A stretch of DNA of 64,000 bases. Source: Planctomycetota bacterium. GTDB lineage: Bacteria > Planctomycetota > UBA8108 > SXIK01. The position numbers were made by a program, and so were the translations under genes. Positions 61,501 through 64,000 of this stretch are shown piece by piece. The stretch's first letter is position 1. Every line of letters starts with the position of its first letter. The notes below the pieces were generated by a model. It was given only the letters and a program-made list of their open reading frames with translations, was not told the DNA's origin and did not search any database. The stretch lies in the NCBI GenBank assembly GCA_965223265.1, contig OZ244999.1:2720001-2784000 (forward strand). Direction: 5' to 3'.

Positions 61501-62546
61501 AGAATCTTCACCTCGAGCTGGAGCTCGCTACGAAGGTGGTGACGAGCGACGAGCTCGACATCGTTCAAATGCTCGCCAGCGGTTTTGCAGCCGGGGAACA
61601 ATCGGATGGAGGCCGAATCGCTGCGATCGGGGTCGCGTTCCAAGCGCTCGGGGAGCATTGCGCTACCCAACAAAAGCACGAAAAGGCGGCAGCCTATCTC
61701 TACCTCGCTGCGAAAACGTTTCAAAAAGTCGATGCGGAGAAGAAAGGCAGCGTGGGCGAACGCTTGGGGGCCATAGCGCGCGACCTTGCGATCTCCCAGG
61801 CCGCTTTGGCGCGCATCAAGAAGCCGATGGAGATCGTCACGCCAGGTGCTGCCTGGAGATATTTCGACACAGGAGCTGATTTAGGTTCAGCGTGGCGAAC
61901 CCTCGAGTTTGACGACAGTGGCTGGCGCCAGGGGTTTGGAAAGTTCGGCTATGGCGACGGCAACGAGGCGACCACGATTGACTTTGGCGGCGACCCCAGA
62001 AGGAAATACATCACGACTTACTTTCGTAAAGAGATTGGAGTGGACGACCCGGAGGAGATCGAGACAGTCACCGTCGATGTCCTGCGCGACGATGGCGTCG
62101 TTGTCTATATCAATGGCAGGGAGCTCTTTCGCGACAACATTGCAGAAGGCGCGGTGACGGCTCGAACTCTTGCGGTGGAGACGATAGATCGTCGCGATGA
62201 GAACAGGTTCTACAAGCACGAGAACCTCGAGGTGAGTGAGATGATACTGGCCGGCAGAAACGTCATTGCCGTAGAGCTGCACCAGCGGCATCCAGCCAGC
62301 TCGGATTGTGGCTTCGACATGTTCGTGCGCGCTAACGTCGTCAGCCTCGAGGAGCTTCTGAAAGGCGTGCCGGTCGATTCTCTCCCCGCGACCCTCGGCG
62401 ACGACGTCTGGAATGCCATTCCGACGGCGATTCGCCCTGCCGTGCGGAAGGCTCCGCAGGCCGGGCTGCCTGCAGCGTCGGACGGCGCGAAAAAGACATC
62501 CAATGAGGAGCGCGGTGCGCCTGCAGAGAAAGCGGGCGGGCGGTGA
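52506..62546 (+). CDS. Giant (~3350 aa) secreted TPR/helical-repeat protein with C-terminal galactose-binding-like jelly-roll domain
   Basis: AAGGAGG RBS, signal peptide, many TPR-like units (A...F..AL..DP....AW...A). C-terminal WRY.D.G......WR...FDDS.W..G...FGYGD...TTYFRK...LRDDG.VVYING.E..R.N...G.NVIAVELHQ. Confidence 0.88.
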   Translation: MSVRRCVLSSLARRMVTVSLASVFAVASLFVLTDCVVAQERENTRSKTDGRADDASASARANEKALRYFQVLQRRPRPGYLFDRFYNAWLDTDSIAGLERFLSATVEKDETTPNRLLLAFFYAKQGQNVRALEQFRAALNKDPGSAEAWYHKALVEQRTLDFDTAIEDLRRALDAEPSADLERDILQLQGRLYARSGDASAAARVWSLLLEKNPRDEELQEDLIELQISEGLFDVALATAESLVEMTKDPYLSVVRRLRIGDIHQLAGARDKALAAYASSLERVGSDTWLEREILRQIAQVFRREDDIIGLKAYFGKLLEVHTKRIGLRRQYSETLAELGEKKAANKAFLEVLQLTPGDRSIREDYVDMLSRLELRSEAIEQLQLLVNQYPDDGELLIKLAKLQHENDDSGAAKTTLERYLETSDGSEYSYLRAAQLMEQFQRQEAADAVFRELLAKFPESEGARDAHAAYLHRQGRKDEAIDVWRGLAHGADRERLVRVARALSSRSELVAAFEILSARFGDFGNDPIYLSQLCTVAIGLKKFDAALPWARQLVVLAQKPLDVENAVDRAARIVQRTEKEVELTQALAPSELPQEICLLAELHERAGDSRSAEAALARLDLSAPVLATTQRIRLFRQRGEFEKAAREAARLVRLPGGRRAANVQKVVDLFGRAHNLNEALEWIPEWKKLIPGSTVPWLTEARLHLAEGRNHAAVDVLRRAVQAFSGDAQLRATLAAAYADDGKLADAERLYVQLYEEAPNASEKIRWVQELARAAELRGATESLVEQFEERRRSNRTSIVPLLALAEIHRVGDDYEGRRRALLEAARIRPQDLDLLLEIARVEEAEQEFDRALATLATAAKLAKGKERDRIRERVARLHFAAGDEDEGFQVLQEIARGDDIDAQAVENLAQAIFETGDWSRAADFLRPFVDKFSKHYGIGYLYAVALAENERELDAARVFSSLLRVDEEPPRLSTTVQSHHALQEIESQLRVLPPAALELVSLQTASRFALRHRQMSRQYFGPLGFSQTAVEVPRDLRSLRSYCLAYLSAIGQELEGDDLAEVKADLVSAGVSYADYFFDLDFNSLQDGGGIAALLEKHPRSEALLSVALIFQATGQGVMAIDQLRVAVETFEREWPELAYLGALGASFSLDENVPEELSEKALKLVDSIDKPGVVTWVSTLMAVGGATFGRDVVGALDDNDKKILTRKLVEWYPKVNIQSLPIQWVFLSVASAVASSEGTEAFLHFLDREVRERISTRSRKPSQVAMFFGGQTGSELLAPLEFPPQVLTDFPTVVLTALSSDRSGFAVQLFGDGLELDDDEVRKYIAELKSPILRVLLFHRVDEIDKAKAEIAALISAEEPRVDSFLLAAAHSARVEDDMLSAIEYLERARFLPMTRETRRRIDGSIVAWSVDRLTGEPAKDEEIKTAGREAVLRLRRASLTAEQRDELVAAMEQLELTKEAEKLQDRIASAVNQLFSFPSGGGANPQSPERLQKLLVSGDRDRALKLLGADLKRFASKGLHVQTAFDESYELEEWLRPIAVYNLGEDLLSLVDPGTAENPRRWAQYGFACEVLGKRERAIEMYKQVARERPKEMGVRVRLVALLLETHPEAAVGPLRELDAMGLAAVGQHATGMVDEEQIPYADRLRLVETIVDAVAQLEDTSNVPLFWVPHLLDRLVRSSDADGVEIGSLYAASRASAPSEAATPLRDQIASFQKQRREIHDKVCNVMLGVPSLASDGFRRLSGFLSLEGREEEAFQLAKTAILAQAESSPGPVNPITFLSFGLFESNSESIQMWGPEQFVARYAWKKQDRSLIERDIVQVVEKQKGRARKALVVDLRDRTELFFTAPEEFLERARKHCKKRRSGPFGPMLSAGALQQVLDVWELRELDVEIAPLIVGELTKTQDRGFTDSFSFLHRFVLAQYRRGGAKATTAVLERIAEGYLGPKEQRAARIEKHYDPNDYSIGTPNASIQAYLQILERLGQDHRLFASVYRHSEEQIEPFLGGRLVEITPEAHPLLEPETFKDFDRTTRLLTDSFFLGGSDDVRFYRIHGDDFIDSMFFQIGYQMRRSGGDLKEKYLAFLDTEKTLGRALLGAIAGDEPERWSGFLTEFRDELRALAPTPRAMFAKHAREDFARFVDVSKLTAEARAILEWAETLDDTSRQGKIDALLAAKSVRELKIEPHEFEDHFVEYLSDLLPQESERALKVFWKIAELVEKSGRDRRSRFYSADWSISSQLLQSLLSSEGSPATLSFVYDVLTTPEPPTKVEAPSNRVFEFSLQQLVSDARGDQQPRLDDRAALKRAMERLAGALAAKHYRLAAAPFFGFLTALVGSDQGRIQALLPLLREEMQRDAYPSLAKELYVVAALRGRNSSSDEAASQGAHLGDENRHVLALLDDQEVPTNLRLRVAAAFLAYSGDVLPLAVTARAIDLLVAAWDQKMSVSADDVRRAARGLIHHARQRDGAWDAAAANLVQAWKKNVLRGEASRRHSSFDVGYQSRSVVLQLCILLGDDASMNQILEKSDGEPGAEWMLLLIRSGSAEQVTRVLMRRWKQFDWRGFNRDRELYLYDEEIERKVPAILERLENPDMKLFFEAFVASLPDPSAPGADVTPREVGSTKPSHTQSRDAESSRLTPRDERLLRLGERIRQHQFQNISLRDAVLSFVTESRPAAAKLYDEIKTAAAGVTPLMFAQDQFENQSGFDSTQTKTLFETYFRLSLQRGPQVASETLAAISKIQMRQPYLRQMALAQFLGMFHDAFREDVATWTPQVRSENVGFWSEFISIEKPYQALEEELFSLAGIGFLYSYFEGDGTAKVYEAAFSQLDAPTLSRFEQNVEFFEAALREVPHAMRNRSIPRERRVATAVALLSHPVVVASIERHEEYRVRAFQRLLKSQLLSTSELLEIGPELIQASPRGGFAAGELASYQESAKQFEAAIGSYDEGIRQVPPASRGRYSQFHIAKAKLLKQLQRPKEALSALEEMDIERLSDSLASEFKNLHLELELATKVVTSDELDIVQMLASGFAAGEQSDGGRIAAIGVAFQALGEHCATQQKHEKAAAYLYLAAKTFQKVDAEKKGSVGERLGAIARDLAISQAALARIKKPMEIVTPGAAWRYFDTGADLGSAWRTLEFDDSGWRQGFGKFGYGDGNEATTIDFGGDPRRKYITTYFRKEIGVDDPEEIETVTVDVLRDDGVVVYINGRELFRDNIAEGAVTARTLAVETIDRRDENRFYKHENLEVSEMILAGRNVIAVELHQRHPASSDCGFDMFVRANVVSLEELLKGVPVDSLPATLGDDVWNAIPTAIRPAVRKAPQAGLPAASDGAKKTSNEERGAPAEKAGGR

Positions 62547-62649
62547 AAGTGAGCGCCGCGCGAAGAGTCGATGAATGCGAGTGAGTGGGCACTCTCGCTC
62601 TGACGTACTCGAGGTGATTTTCGGCGCGGGCGGTCGCGGAGCTTGAATC

Positions 62650-63078
62650 GTGAAACGATCCAAACAGGTGATTTCCGTTCTTGTCGCGTTTGGCGTAGGA
62701 CTGATCGGCCTGCGCTTGAGGCTATTGGCGGTCGGTGCTGCGGGATACTTCGCCTCAACGCACGAGTGGCAATTGGCTAGCGAGCTGTTGTCGACGTTGC
62801 TGGTCTACACGGCAGCAGGCTTTCTTGTCGGCCGGCGTTGCGCGCGGGTCTGGCTTCTTTGCTGCTGTGTAGCAATCCTGCCCTACGCAAGCTGGCTGCT
62901 GTTGAAGTTCGCCGACTCGGTTGTCGTCGAATCAGTCCATTGGATGGGGTTTTACGTCGCGATCATGGGGACGCTGGCCGGAGCGAAGCTCGCGGTAACG
63001 CTGATTCTCACGCGCGTTCCGCTCACACCGCGGCGCGCCCACCGCCAGATCGTCGACGTATGGATCTTTCGTCCGTGA
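62650..63078 (+). CDS. Hypothetical four-TM membrane protein; 3' end probably derived from the adjacent element
   Basis: Four hydrophobic segments. The last ~22 codons are antisense to the DUF1580-like gene. Confidence 0.55.
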   Translation: MKRSKQVISVLVAFGVGLIGLRLRLLAVGAAGYFASTHEWQLASELLSTLLVYTAAGFLVGRRCARVWLLCCCVAILPYASWLLLKFADSVVVESVHWMGFYVAIMGTLAGAKLAVTLILTRVPLTPRRAHRQIVDVWIFRP

Positions 63079-63140
63079 ACTCGCGGCAACGCAGCCGCTG
63101 CCTCAGAAAGTGTAAGAACTTTCTCGTCGAGAATAGCCAT
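62952..63140 (-). pseudogene. Truncated DUF1580-like excisionase/HTH protein
   Basis: GGAGG RBS. LTLSEAAAALPR..GRK.H.STIWRWA.RG..G.R is present, but the family-like sequence stops near 63010. Confidence 0.7.
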
Positions 63141-63210
63141 GTAATAAAACCTCCAAGAGCGTCATTGCAATCACTGCGAATTGAGTGGAGGATTTACCAT
63201 AGGTGGTTGC

Positions 63211-63240
63211 GCTTTCCGGCAGTTTCCGTCGCTTTCCGGT
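63211..63240. repeat. Three tandem imperfect 10-bp repeats
   Basis: GCTTTCCGGC AGTTTCCGTC GCTTTCCGGT. Confidence 0.7.
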
Positions 63241-63262
63241 GGTGTCAAGGAGGTTGAAACAA

Positions 63263-63808
63263 GTGAAATCGGCACAAACAGCAGAAGCGATTGCGGGGGT
63301 GGCTGGCGCCATTGCCAATCCATGCTCCGCTAGCCTTGGTGAATTGATATTCGAGCACGGTCGGCGAATCCTTGCCGTGATCAAACACGAGTCCGGCGAG
63401 CAAGACACTGTGGATCTCTCCGCAAGAGAGGAGTTCGAACGGCTGGCTTTCGCACTCGGTATAGCGCGATGGGATCTCGAAAGACTCTCACCACAAGACG
63501 TGGAGCGACTGGCTAAAGGTAGATTCGAACTGAAGCTGTTTCAGAACGCGCGGGACGTTCTTCAAGAAAGCGAAACAGAGCCGTATGAGTGCTACGTCAG
63601 ACTGAGTGACATGGCGGCGGTGGTAAGAGCGAGCAAGAGTACGTTGGAGAAACGTCGAAAGAAAAACCCGCTGCCAGATCCTGTCGTAAAAGGAGGGAGG
63701 GGGCGGGCTGCTCTGTGGAAATGGAGCGACGCGAGGGGGTGGTTGGAGAAAGAATTTGATCAGATAATACCGAATCGATTTCCCGGAGATCCATTTTATC
63801 CAAGCTGA
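63263..63808 (+). CDS. Hypothetical protein with C-terminal AlpA/MerR-like HTH
   Basis: VRLSDMAAVVRASKSTLEKRRK..PLPDPVV.GG.GRAALW.WSD.RGWL. AAGGAGG upstream; start approximate. Confidence 0.65.
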   Translation: MKSAQTAEAIAGVAGAIANPCSASLGELIFEHGRRILAVIKHESGEQDTVDLSAREEFERLAFALGIARWDLERLSPQDVERLAKGRFELKLFQNARDVLQESETEPYECYVRLSDMAAVVRASKSTLEKRRKKNPLPDPVVKGGRGRAALWKWSDARGWLEKEFDQIIPNRFPGDPFYPS

Positions 63809-63930
63809 GACTCGGCGTGCGTTCGTGTGGGTGCGCGGCATCAAGACTGAAGCTCTTCCTGGGCTGGTTACGACGATCGCGTTGGCATTTGAGTTCACGT
63901 GAGTGTTACTCGCCAAACGTATGCAGCATC

Positions 63931-64000
63931 TCAACCGATCTGGCTCATCACTTCGATGGCTCTCCGCTCGTCGAGTTCGGCGTACGTCTCGGTCACCATG
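63931..64000 (-). CDS. C-terminal end of a tyrosine recombinase/integrase (partial)
   Basis: Translates ...MVTETYAELDERRAIEVMSQIG*, matching the T..YA catalytic-Tyr tail of integrases. Only 22 codons are visible. Confidence 0.65.
   Translation of the reverse strand, partial: MVTETYAELDERRAIEVMSQIG

Larger units (their letters stand above)
63010..64000. mobile_element. Left edge of an integrated element (genomic island / phage-satellite-like remnant), continuing beyond the window
   Basis: Two Xis/AlpA-type HTH genes, an integrase C-terminus and visibly lower GC. Confidence 0.7.

Noticed and set aside
51046-63030. 18-bp inverted match CGGTGTGAGCGGAACGCG at 51046-51063 and 63013-63030, next to the element junction
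   Set aside because: One such match in 64 kb of GC-rich DNA is not very improbable. The gene at 51 kb reads through intact and the flanks are not swapped, so an att site or inversion is unsupported.

Overview
GC-rich (roughly 60-65%) bacterial chromosomal DNA, most likely from an uncultured Planctomycetota lineage. This is inferred from the Cys-rich dockerin-like C-terminal tags, a lamin-tail/CotH protein, a DUF1580-like HTH and a planctomycete-style integrase tail. No rRNA, tRNA or CRISPR array was seen. There are four blocks. (1) 1-13 kb: secreted proteins, namely an SdrD-B repeat protein, a BNR/sialidase-like protein, a lamin-tail/LamG/CotH kinase, and a protein built as (dockerin-like + cohesin-like)x3 + dockerin that looks like a scaffoldin. 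(2) 13-34.4 kb: a stress/anaerobic-metabolism island encoding a CNNM-CBS protein, an HPF fused to a sigma-region-2-like domain, USP, PAC2, glucan phosphorylase, an APC permease, an ABC exporter, an acyl-CoA ligase, a 2-oxoacid:ferredoxin oxidoreductase, a Glu/Leu/Phe/Val dehydrogenase, GltA/NfnB and malic enzyme. (3) 34.5-62.6 kb: mostly secreted hypotheticals, an ethanolamine-type permease, a second USP and a ~3350-aa TPR protein. (4) 63-64 kb: the edge of an integrated element (truncated DUF1580-like gene, AlpA-like HTH, last codons of a tyrosine integrase). Five matching sigma-54 -24/-12 promoters (GGnAC-N5-TTGCT) lie upstream of gene starts, and four of them have a GAAAATCCC motif nearby. 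Best candidates for new biology: a cohesin/dockerin assembly with non-cellulolytic cargo, a sigma-54 dormancy/hypoxia regulon, and the HPF-sigma2 fusion. All calls are by eye from motifs; no searches were run.
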